DNA from: Octopus sinensis
Lineage: Eukaryota
Assembly (NCBI RefSeq): GCF_006345805.1
Contig: NC_042999.1
Span: 78,554,001 to 78,618,000 of the forward strand
Direction of reading: 5' to 3'
Length of the DNA stretch: 64,000 nt
This document shows, in pieces, positions 29,175 to 40,299 of the stretch. A program made the translations under genes and the position numbers. The first letter of the stretch is position 1. Every line of letters starts with the position of its first letter. The notes under the pieces are model-generated. The model did no database searches and was not told where the DNA came from. It worked only from the letters and a program-made list of their open reading frames with translations.

Positions 29175-29876
29175 TTCTTCTTCTTTTACTTGTTTCAGTC
29201 ATTAGACTGCAGCCATGCTGGAGCACCACCTTGATGAATGTATACTCAAATAAATCGAGCCCAGTACATGTTATTTTTTCTTTTAGCCTAATACTTATTC
29301 CGTCGGTATCTTTTGCCGGACCGCTAGGTTAAGGTGCCGTCAGCACACCAACACCGGTTCGCAAGTGGTGGTGGGGAACAAACAGACATAAAGACAGACA
29401 GACAAACAGACACACACACGTGCACACTCACACGCATGCACACACACATGCACACACACATACAAAAGCTCACACAATTTCCGTTTGCCAAATACATTCA
29501 TAAGGCTTTGGTTGGCCCGAAGCTATAGAAGAAGATACTTTCCCAAGGTGCCACACATTGGGACTGAGCCCAGAACCATTTGGTTGGGAAGCAACCTTCT
29601 TACTTCTTTATTGCCCTCAAGGGGCTAAACATAGAGGGGACGAACAAGGACAGACAAACGGATTAAGTCGATTATATCGACCCCAGTGCGTAACTGGTAC
29701 TTAATTTATCGACCCCGAAAGGATGAAAGGCAAAGTCGACCTCGGCGGAATTTGAACTCAGATCGTAGCGGCAGATGAAATACAGCGAAGCATTTCGCCC
29801 GGCGTGCTAACGTTTCTACCACTTCGCCGCCTCCTTACCACATAGCAACCTTCTTACCACATAGCCACGCCTGCGC
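29175..29876 (-). mobile_element. SINE family A, interrupted by a nested family B SINE
   Basis: Reverse complement of the 3589 copy (cttgtttcagtcatt...ccatgctggagcacc; ccacgcctgcgc at the head). Confidence 0.8.
29604..29832 (-). mobile_element. SINE family B nested in SINE A with a 14-bp TSD
   Basis: Full head-to-tail reverse copy; AGCAACCTTCTTAC at 29590-29603 and 29844-29857. Confidence 0.85.
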
Positions 29877-30589
29877 GTATGGGAAAATACTTGGGAAATA
29901 ATTTTCTCTCAGAATTGCTGCATTCAAGTATTTCAGAAAAATTTTCGAGTTGAGTATCACGATAAGAGAAAACAAATGCAGAATCTAAAAATCCCTTAAC
30001 CTTTGTCTGTTTCCAAGAAAAGTAGTTCCCCTATAGTGCCACTCAGCAAAACTTTAGCGTCCTAGACAACAAACTGGGCCTACAACATGGATTATACATG
30101 CATAATGCACTCGGGGTGAAAGTATAATATTTGATATGGTAAACAATACACTGAATTTATTATCTTCAAATAATTCAGTCGCAACTATCAGCTCCGTTAA
30201 ATAACTTGTGAGTCTTCTGATTACGCTCATTGAAGACATTTTATTCAATATTATAGCAATTATCCGCTGAAACTTCATTATATAAAGAAAAAACAAAAGA
30301 TGTAGTTAAGCACAACACAAGCAACACTGGCAAACAACCGAAGGAAAACCGTATCATCGACATAATCTTTCTAGTTGTGGCTACGGAAGAAACCGAAACT
30401 AAAGTACATTTTGGTTTCCGCATGATCTCAACTCAGTAGTGACTATCTAGGAGTCTCTTGATGGCTATATGAATATAAGAAAACTATAATGGGATGAACT
30501 TCGCGTAAAGTGTAATTATATCAGGATAAAAGAATTTCGTTCAATGCAGAAATGAGTTTTTACCTGCGAATATTGGAGAACTGTTATAT

Positions 30590-31375
30590 ATTTAACAGGT
30601 TCAGCACCATTTTTGAGGAGATGGTGATAAGCAGCTGTCCAAAAATGTCATCGCATTATTATCTACCGATGAGACATGATGTAGCCAAGATACTGTATAA
30701 TGATAAACCTGAGGCCGAAGACTCAAGAAACCACGGTATAGTAGAGGCTATAGCTACTCATAATATGAAAGATTACTGGTGGAATGTTCTAGTGAAAGCC
30801 TCAATAAAATGTAAACATAATAGACCTGACATAGTGATTTGGGACAGAGAAGAGAAATTATGTACAGTAATGGAAATCAGCTGCCCAGGTATAAAGTTAA
30901 AGATCAGCGAAAAAGAACATACCATGAACTATTGAAAAATTTACAGTTACTCTACCAAGATTACAAGTTCAGGTTTACACCTGTAATTAGTGGGGCACTG
31001 AGATATGTAACAAACTGCCTAAGCACTAATCTTGAGAAAACAAGCTTTTCAAAGTCAGAAAGGAGAAAGCTAATTAGATTACAGATACAAAACATCAATG
31101 AAGCTGTAAAAAATTGTAAAACTCGCCAGAAGTTTATTTAAGTATATAAGCGCATATCTAGACATGCAACAATGTGCATGAGAATACATACATCAAACAA
31201 AACATACAAATTTACAAATCTTCTGATGCACTGACTTCAAACACTGTACACATAGATACAAACATGCACAAATACCCTGTTGATGTTGAAATTCCAGTGA
31301 AGGAGCCATGGATCTTGGTTAGAAACCTGCCCTTTTTCTATTGGCAAGAAACATTGAACCAAAACTGAATAATAA
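30590..31375 (+). mobile_element. RLE-type LINE 3' fragment (divergent subfamily)
   Basis: VISSCPKMSSHYYLPMRHDVAK, WWNVLV, HNRPDIVIWD, VMEISCP, FTPVISGAL. Confidence 0.75.
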
Positions 31376-31905
31376 CATACGGACATACACGCCTGCATGC
31401 ATGCATGCATACATACAAACATACAACTTACATACATACGCACATACGTGCATACATAATACATACATAAATACATACATATATACATGCATACATTCGT
31501 ACGTACATGCATATGTACATACCTACATACATATGTATGTACATCAAGTCATACGTACACACATATACTTATATATATTAGATTTGACTCAAAGTGAGTC
31601 TAGGGAAATAACTGGCAGAGTTTCAAAGGAAGCTCTGTTGATTATTTCCGTCACTTTAAGATGTTACGCTTCTCTGTTGAGAGTGGGTTTTGTTCTGTCT
31701 TTTTTGTTGTAAATGTAGTTGTTCATTTCTATAAATAACATCGAAATAGAACATGGAATATTATAAGGAAGACATGACAAACACACGCACACACACACGC
31801 ACACCCATACGCACAGAGTTAAACACATGCACACACATTTAAGTACAGTAAAAGAACATAAAAGAGACAAAAACAAATAGAAAATGGGCAAATAAATATA
31901 CTAAC

Positions 31906-31953
<48 letters not shown>

Positions 31954-31954
31954 C

Positions 31955-32165
31955 CTTTTTAATATAGGCACAAGGCTTGTAATTGGGGGATGGGGATAGT
32001 TGATTACATCGACCTCAGTACTCGACTGGTACTTATTTAATCAACCTTTAATGGATGAAAAGCAAAGTCGACTTCGGCGGTATTTGAACTCAGATCGTAA
32101 GAACGGATGAAATGCCGCTAATCATTTTGTCCAGCGTGCTGACAATTCTGTCGACTCGACACCTT
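31955..32165 (-). mobile_element. SINE family B
   Basis: Reverse copy directly after an (AAT)n tract; aaagtcgacttcggcggtatttgaactcag. Confidence 0.8.
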
Positions 32166-32928
32166 AACAACAACAACAATAATAATAACAGTAATGAGAA
32201 TAATAACAATAATATTGATAATAATGCCTCATTGATATGATAAACCCAATCGATATAAACGTTTGTCAAGACCTACCAAAAACTGAGTAAGTATAAAGAT
32301 CTTGAAATAGAAATTGGCAAAATGTGGAACCTCAAGACTAAAACAATACCTGTTGTCATAGGTGCCCTAGGAATGATAGCAAAAGGGGCTGATTCCTACG
32401 TAGCTCGGATGCCAGGAAACCCCAAAATGGCAGGAATTCAAAAGATAGTGCTCATGAGAACTGCCCATATCCTACGCAAAATACTTTCTATGTCATCTCA
32501 AATTTTAAAACAAACTCATAATTTTCTTATGTTTTCTTAAACCAGGGGTGGGCAAACTTTTTTGATCGCGGGCCGCACAGTGCGTCTTTGGAACCTTGGC
32601 GGGCCTCATTTATAAAAATCAAGTGAAAATATTTTTAAAGGCGGTTATAGACCTATAAACACACAATTGATTGAAAGGAAATTTTGTGAAATATTCCTGG
32701 TTTAAGTGATTTAATTTATTTTTTAGAGTATCAGGTTCATGTTTTTCGGTTATTTGCTCCTATAGTTGAAATTATTACAGGAACCTCGGTTATTTTGGAC
32801 AGCCTGTTATTGCTTACAAATTGCCAGGAACAGAATTTTCCTAGTAAAATCTGCACTAATTGTGGACAACCACCTCTTAATATTATGTCTTGTTGTTATA
32901 TATATAGTATTGAGTATTAAAGGAAGTA

Positions 32929-33202
32929 GTGAGTATTTAGTATGAAAGATTAAGAAAATGAGAGAGACTGAAACAACGTGTTACCGATACGAGATACTTT
33001 ATTCGACTGCCCTGTTGTACAAGTTAATAATTGTTGTGGCGGGAAACATACTGAAAGCCCTTTTATCAAGGGAGACAATGGGCGACGTTGATTGTTCATG
33101 TTTGTTGTGATGATTATATAACATTATGGACAACCATGATGAATATTATACTTAAATTCTAGGATACCCAAAATAAAAGATTTTAAAGAGAAATAACAGT
33201 TT
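32929..33202 (+). repeat. 274-bp direct repeat, copy 1 (transposase 3' side)
   Basis: Matches 35054-35327 with one mismatch seen (gtgagtaTttag vs gtgagtaCttag). Confidence 0.95.
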
Positions 33203-35048
33203 ATTAATATGAATTGATATCTGAAATTAGAAACGTCACCTGAAGCATTTATTTGAAAAACAAAGCGGCTCTGTAAATAACAATGTGAATGAGAATGATG
33301 CAGCTGACTACTGTCATTTACCAGTTTGTCAAAATTAGGTGTCAAGTTGCTTGTGCTGATTCTTAACACTGACTGAAGATTTGAGTCTGTGAGAAGTGAT
33401 CGATTCTTCCCCTTGTTAATTTTCATGATGGAGAAAGTCTGCTCACATATGTAAGTTGATGCAAACAACACAAACATCTTTCTTGCAAATGTTTTTAGAT
33501 TTTGAAACTTTTTTGAATGTAGAGAAGCATAAAACTCGACCAGTGGTTTACTTTCGAACATCATCTTTAAAGAATTGTCGGCTTGCAAATGAATCAGTTC
33601 TATCTGCAGTTCCTCGGTAGTTGTTTCAATGTCACAGGCAAGAGGTGAGTTAAGCAAATCGAACAGGCCTTCAACTGCCTTGAAATCAGCAAATCTTCTA
33701 ATGAATTCCTTTTGTAAAGCCATCAACTGGGAACTATACTTGTCCGATGATTCTTGTGTAACAGACTGTGTTTTCAGCAGAGGGAAGTGAATAAATTTTT
33801 GCTCATTCAGCTGCTTGGCAAAAAGTCCAAGCTGCCATTGAAAAGCTTTCACTTCCAGGTACAATTCATGAGCAAATATAACTTTGCAGTTTTGTGTTAA
33901 GTTCATTCAGCTTCTGCATTATGTCCACAGCAAATGCAAAATCACAAACCCATTCGTCACTCTCTATTTCGTTTAAAAAGTCACAGGAGATGTCTTGCAT
34001 TTTGAGAAACATAAGAATCTCTGCTTTGAGGTCCCATACTCTCTTAAGAACTTTTCCAATGCTTAACCAGCGGACATTTGTGTAGTACAGCACATCAGTA
34101 AAATCAGCCTCCACATCCTCCAAGAAACTTCGGAATTGCCTGTGTTTCAATCCCCGTGATCTTATTAAATTCACTGCACGCACCACAGGTTCGATGACAT
34201 GTTTGAGTTTTAAAGATGACTTACAAAGGCTTTCTTGATGTATGATGCAGTGAAAAGACAACACACTGTGTAGTGGAAAAATCTTCTTTGATTTTGTCAT
34301 TCAACAACTTCACAAGGCCGGAATGTTTACCGGTGAGTGAAGGAGCTCCATCGGTTGTAATGCTGGCCAGTTTATTTAGGGTTAATCCAGACCTGATTGA
34401 ACTGTTAATGACACTGTTGAACAAATCTTTTCCAGTAGTAGTGTCTTTGAGAGACTCCATAGATAACAATTCCTCTGTAATTTCAAAGTTTTCGTCAATT
34501 CCTCTGATAGAAAACCACTGAAATCGACCACTGGCTGTTAACAGCTGTTCATGAATATTCACGGCAATTGCATCAATGCGACGAACAATAGTTCTTCGTG
34601 ACAGGGAAATGGCTTCTACTTTTGACTTAACTTCAGGACACACAACGCTGACAGCATCAACCATACAATCTTTGATAAATTCTGCTTCTGCGAATGATTT
34701 GTTTTGCTTTGCAATTTTGTTGGCCAATATAAAACTTGCCTTTGTCGCGTTCCTTTGTAAAGAGGAAGTTTTATCAAACATATTTTGCTGTTGCTTCAAA
34801 CGTTTTGTCAGATCATTTGCTTTCTTTTGCAGTTCTTGTTTTGATAAATTGTGTCCAAAATTGGCATGCTTCGTTTGAAAGTGGCGTTTCAAATTATATT
34901 CCTTGAACACAGCAACTGTTTCAGAACAAATCAAACATGCAGCTTTCACTCCAACATCGGTAAAGAAATACTTTTCAGTCCAATTTTCATTAAAAACACG
35001 ACATTCCTCTTCAATTTTTCGCTTTTTAGATAGCTTCGAACAACTCAT
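33124..35048 (-). pseudogene. hAT transposase (GTF2IRD2/SPIN-like), two frameshifts, first catalytic-Asp segment apparently deleted
   Basis: BED-like finger CLIC...KRHFQTKH; SITTDGAP; CIIHQESLC; RWLS; STYICEQTFS. ORFs 34221-35048, 33866-34300 and 33124-33906. Confidence 0.9.
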
Positions 35049-35053
35049 TTTGG

Positions 35054-35327
35054 GTGAGTACTTAGTATGAAAGATTAAGAAAATGAGAGAGACTGAAACA
35101 ACGTGTTACCGATACGAGATACTTTATTCGACTGCCCTGTTGTACAAGTTAATAATTGTTGTGGCGGGAAACATACTGAAAGCCCTTTTATCAAGGGAGA
35201 CAATGGGCGACGTTGATTGTTCATGTTTGTTGTGATGATTATATAACATTATGGACAACCATGATGAATATTATACTTAAATTCTAGGATACCCAAAATA
35301 AAAGATTTTAAAGAGAAATAACAGTTT
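35054..35327 (+). repeat. 274-bp direct repeat, copy 2 (just upstream of the transposase ATG)
   Basis: Offset 2125 bp from copy 1; runs directly into an internal TIR. Confidence 0.95.
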
Positions 35328-35338
35328 GCCCACCCCTG
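35324..35338 (-). repeat. Third, internal copy of the hAT TIR
   Basis: GTTTGCCCACCCCTG, identical to 36034-36048; followed by GTCTAATC (central TA). Confidence 0.95.
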
Positions 35339-36292
35339 GTCTAATCAGACACTGACTAATTGGACACAGACACAAACTAATTGTGTCGTTAGCCAGCTGG
35401 AGGAGATGTCCTCCTGGGGCTATAAACAACAGTAGCATTGTCCCCTATGGGTCTGCCACATTTAAGTGACAATTTTATCAGACAACAAAAGCTAGTTTGA
35501 AACACTCGTGTCTGTACTAATTTCAAATAATCGATAGAGTGAATGATAACCAACCACAGCTCTGAGTCCAGAAAAAGCTGGTTCAAGCCCTTTTATTAAC
35601 CTGGCCGGCTTCTTCATTGGAACGAAATGCATCGTCCATCATGCCCTCTTCACCATCTATCACGTGATTTATTTATTTGAATGTTTCAAGCATATCGATT
35701 GACTCGTTGTATTGCCACAATACTTGTTTCATTGTTCTATTAATTTTTGAGTTTGAAGATATCTTCACCCGGAAATGTGTTTTATTATGATGTCATGGGA
35801 ATATTTCTCGAAATTTTTCATCGCTTCACAGTAGCTGAAACAAACAAACAGCGGACAATTTTGTGAAGGCGCGAAACAGTGAACTGAAATAAAATGCAAA
35901 CTATTGTGAATTACCGTACAACTGAAACAGTTACGAAGTATCTGCATAGAAGTTGGGATTCATAAAAGCTCTCTGCATAGAAGTTGGGATTCATAAAAGC
36001 TCTCGGCGGGCCGCATGTGGCCCGCGGACCGTAGTTTGCCCACCCCTGTCTTAAACAGTCTCTTGGACAATACTATTTGCAAAACCAAATATATGACACC
36101 CTAGGCATAGCACCAACATAAACTAACTTGTTTCTTGAGGTCTCTGGGTTAGACTTGGAACCAACTTGTACAAATATAAAGCAAAAGACAAACATAATAA
36201 AACTAATACTAATCCTACTACTACTAATAATAATTTCTTAAAGTCATTAAAAAAAAAAAGCATATGATATGATATTTCATTCTTGGATCGTT

Positions 36293-37193
36293 GAATGCCT
36301 GCAGATGAAATGAAAGTCAAGGAAGAGTTTAACCAGAGAGCTGAGGAGAAGAGAAAAGAAGACATTTTTGAAATGAGAATGTATGGACTGTTTGAAAGAA
36401 ATACACAAGACATTAAGGATAATACAGCATCGTGGGCATGGCTTGAGCGAGGTGATTTGAAGCGTACCACCGAAAGCCTGATCATTGCTACACAAGACCA
36501 GGCCCTCGCTACCAATTCAGTGAAGTGTAACATCTATACAACTTCTGACACCCAGAAATGCAGACTGTGGAAAGAGTGTAGAAAATGTGACCCACTTGGT
36601 TGATGGATGTGAGTGCCTTGCACAAAAGAAATACAAGCGCCGCCACGATAAAGTGTGTGTGTATCTTCATTAGCTCTTATGCCGTAAATACTAATATGAA
36701 GTAACAGAGGACTGGTATGAGCATGTACCAAGTAAAGTTAAGCAGGAGGATGAAAAAGTAACGATATTTTGGGACTATGATTTTCAGGCGGATGGTGTAA
36801 TCGAACACCATCGGCCGGATATTGTCATATTGAAAAAGAGAGGCAAATACTGTCAGATCATTGATATAGCCATACCAAATGACATGAATGTTGTGAGTCA
36901 AGAGGTTGAAAAAATCACCAAGTACTCCGAATTGAAAGTGGAAATGGCAAGACTATGGAATGCGAAAGGGTAATGTAATACCAATGGTGATCGGAGCGTT
37001 GGGCTCAATCCCATTGAAACTTCAAAACTCCTTAAGGCAACTGGAAATCCCATGCAAGATTGACGTCTTGCAAAAAGCAGCCTTATTGGGCACAGCGCAC
37101 ATCTTAAGGAAAATATTATGTCTGAGGTCCTTGTTGCGACTTGACAGATGACTAAAGACTCCGGTGCATTCTTGCCTACTCTGTGCTACGAAG

Positions 37194-37194
<1 letters not shown>
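36293..37194 (+). mobile_element. R4/Dong-like LINE 3' fragment
   Basis: SWAWLERGDLKRTTESLIIATQDQAL, KRRHDKV, IFWDY, HRPDIV, VIPMVIGALG, TAHILRKIL; (TAA)n tail at 37195-37256. Confidence 0.85.
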
Positions 37195-37256
<62 letters not shown>

Positions 37257-37257
<1 letters not shown>

Positions 37258-38038
37258 GCTTATTAACCCGGAACTACCAAGCCAGTGTGATAAAAAATGG
37301 AGCTGATCCAAAATGCCGATTCTGTAACGACGAGATCGAAACTATAGACTACCTAATCTCAGGGTGTAGAGTCTTAGCACCTGTAGAATATAAAGCAAGA
37401 CATGACAGAGTCGGTCAGTATTTACACTGGACAATATGTCGGCATTATAAAATCAAAACCGCTGACAAATGGTATAAACACCATCCTGAAGCTGTGACTG
37501 AGGGAGAAAATGTGTCGATTCTATAGGACTTCCCCGTACATACCGACAAAACTATAAAAGTTAATAAACCGGATATTATTATAAAAGATCAGACAAAAAA
37601 TGTGTGTTTATTAATTGACATGAGTATTCCATTGCGATCACAATATAGCGGCGAAAGAATTTGACATGATCAGTAAATATAAAGACTTGCTAATAGAAAT
37701 TGAAAAAATGAGGCATCTCAAGGCGACTACAGTACCAGTGATTGTAGGATATCTAAGAATGATAAAAAAAGGTACTGAAACATATTTGAAAATGATACCA
37801 GGCTTACCATTCCTACAGGAAATGCAAAAAAAAAAAAAAAATGTGTTAACTGGAACGACTCATGCACTGAGAAGACAACATCCATTTATGAATTTATTTA
37901 TTAATTTTTTAAATACATATTTTACCTGTGAATTTGCGTATGTCATTTGGGAATACATACAATGAGCTTCTCTACCCTAGGTGTACGGAAAACATCCGGC
38001 GAGAAACGGAAGAAAATTTGAAGAAAGAAAGAGAAAAA
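37257..38038 (+). mobile_element. R4/Dong-like LINE 3' fragment, same subfamily as 5587-7676
   Basis: KNGADPKCRFCNDEIETIDYLISGC...ARHDRVGQYLHW; 3' UTR resembles 7590-7676; starts exactly after (TAA)n and ends in TAA. Confidence 0.9.
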
Positions 38039-38044
38039 ATAATA

Positions 38045-38412
38045 ATGGTTTCAAATTTTACCACACGGGCAGCAATTTTGGGGAAGGGGTTAAGTCGATT
38101 ATATCGACCCCCAGTTCACAACTGGTACTTATTTTATCGAACCCGAAAGGATGAAAGGCAAAGTCAATCACAGCGGAATTTGAACTCAGAACGAAGGACA
38201 GATGAAATGCCGCTAAGCAGTTTGCGCAATATGTTGACGATTCTGCAACAACAACAACAACAACAACAATAATAATCCTTTCTACTATAGGCACAAGGCC
38301 TAAAATTTTGAGGGAAGTGGGTAAGTCGACTACATTGACCGCAATATTCAACTGGTACTTAATTTATCGACCCCGAAAGGATGAAATGCAAAGTCGACCT
38401 CGGCGGTATTGG
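38045..38412 (-). mobile_element. Two SINE family B copies (38045-38247, 38277-38412) separated by AAC/AAT repeats
   Basis: Reverse copies containing cgaaaggatgaaaggcaaagtc...ggaatttgaactcag. Confidence 0.8.
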
Positions 38413-40299
38413 AAACAACAACAACAACAACAGCAGCAGCAGCAACACCACCACCACCAACAACAACAACCACAACAACAACAATAATAATAATAATAAT
38501 AATAGTAATATCAGTAGTATTAGTATTACAAAATGTAATAGTAAAACTGGAGTAAGAAAGAGAAGGGAAATTAAAAAGTATAATGAAATAAAGAGAACAG
38601 TTGAAACTATAATGAAGAGCCATAATGTTAGTTCCTTGCATGTTGCACTCGTTTTCTGTCTCTCACACGTATATACACACACGCACAAACTATCCATGGA
38701 ATGTCTTTGACTATCAATTTCTGACGCTGAGTGAATTATTGTGCGGTACATTAAGTTCTTCATTATCTGCCTAGTAATTATTACACAGTGAGTTGACAAG
38801 ATATTGTATAAGTATATAGGAAAGAGGAGTTTGGGCAAGCTTCTTGTCGCAGACATAGCAGAGATATTTTTTAGATCAGATTTTCTTCCTCACAGCACAG
38901 TATACCTCGTTAGCATGGTGTACTTCAACACTATAAATTGTGGTACCAGTCTTCTAAGACTGACGACGTCAAAGTTCTTACGTGAGCGTGAGAAACGCAA
39001 GTAAAGGTTAGAAATTATTGCACCCTTTTGTAAGTCCATAGTGATTTCATTAGTTGATATACATTTGGCTTCCCAAAGTTATGAAGCTTGATTAGTCTTC
39101 TGATAACGGACATCTTACTCATCTACCATCTTACTTGATCATGCATACCTTTCTATTCTTTCCAGTAGAAGAACTCACGCAAACACACACATACAATGAC
39201 ACCCCCACCCCAATCAGATATATTAAACAAAAAGAAAAATGCTTTCAGAACTTTTTCATGGATAAAAGAAATAATTTATACTTTTATCAGAATATCTACT
39301 GGTTTCAATCGTATTAAAAGACGATTAACCATCCCGAAAGACAAGGGGAAATAAGTTAAAATAGTATAATATAATATCAAATAATATAACAATTTAATAT
39401 AATACAATAAAAATAATAATGGTAATAATAATATACATATACATATACATACGTACGTACATACATATAATGTGTGTATATATACAAATATAATGTACAA
39501 TACACACACAGACACACATGCATGCACACACATACACACACACACACACACACAAGCATTTATGTGGATAAACAAATCATTGCCTCTATATTTAAACCTT
39601 TTGAGCACTACTGTTTTCTATACGGAGAATCTCTGGATCTAACCTGTGGGATATATATATATATATCTTTTCGGGTTCGGTACCAGTCAAATATTTATTG
39701 AGTGTAATTTAATCAACCTCTCCCTTCGCCCAAATGCGTGCCATAGTTAGAAACCACTATTAAATCTATGAAATTGAACAGATATTTAGTCTGAAAATGG
39801 TGGCTTAAGTATTTTAATTTGTCGTCTCTGTCTTCTTTTTGATGCCTGCCTTATTCCAGTACCCTATATACCCCTCCACACACATACACACACACACACA
39901 CACACGCACACACTCACACATAGACACATATACATATATACATGCATGCATGGATACAGACATACGTAAATACTTTTTACAAGGCTACACGTTCCAGAAA
40001 GTGACTAGTATTGACTTCATCGGCCCAGAATTAGGAAAGACAAAACAAATCTCAGGTTTTAATGATATTACAGACAATACTAACCGGGTATTTATAGTAA
40101 TAAACCGGAACGTAAAAGAGCTATCTACCAGATATAATTAACATGAAAAATAAATTTATTTAACAAAAGCGAACTAAAGAAATTACCACCCTGGAAAGCC
40201 CCGTGTCCAAAGTTTATACTTTATTCACTTGACATGAAATCTTAGAGACAGAGAGATGTTGCGCATGTAACATCATATCAAAAGGGAGAACTCTCATAT

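Larger units (their letters stand above)
32543..36048 (-). mobile_element. hAT DNA transposon (Buster/Charlie/SPIN group), defective
   Basis: TIRs CAGGGGTGGGCAAAC at 32543-32557 and 36034-36048 (inverted); perfect 8-bp TSD TCTTAAAC at 32535-32542 and 36049-36056 with central TA; transposase on the minus strand. Confidence 0.95.
32225..36195 (+). mobile_element. R4/Dong-like LINE 3' fragment (32225-32542 plus 36057-36195) split by the hAT insertion
   Basis: KYKDLEIEIGKMWNLKTKTIPVVIGALGMI...TAHILRKILSM; its 3' UTR appears to resume after the hAT TSD and ends in TAA/TAC repeats. Confidence 0.8.

Noticed and set aside
30370-30410. Possible third hammerhead relic (ggctac-ggaa-gaaacc-GAAAC-taaa-GTA)
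   Set aside because: Needs several assumed substitutions in both the core and stem II; not supportable from one copy.
33124-35048. Domesticated host gene (GTF2IRD2/ZBED-like)
   Set aside because: Intact TIRs and TSD, two frameshifts and an apparent catalytic deletion indicate a defective transposon.
32929-35327. LTR retrotransposon interpretation of the 274-bp direct repeats
   Set aside because: No TG...CA ends, no PBS or PPT seen, no gag/pol; the interior is a hAT transposase inside TIRs and an 8-bp TSD.
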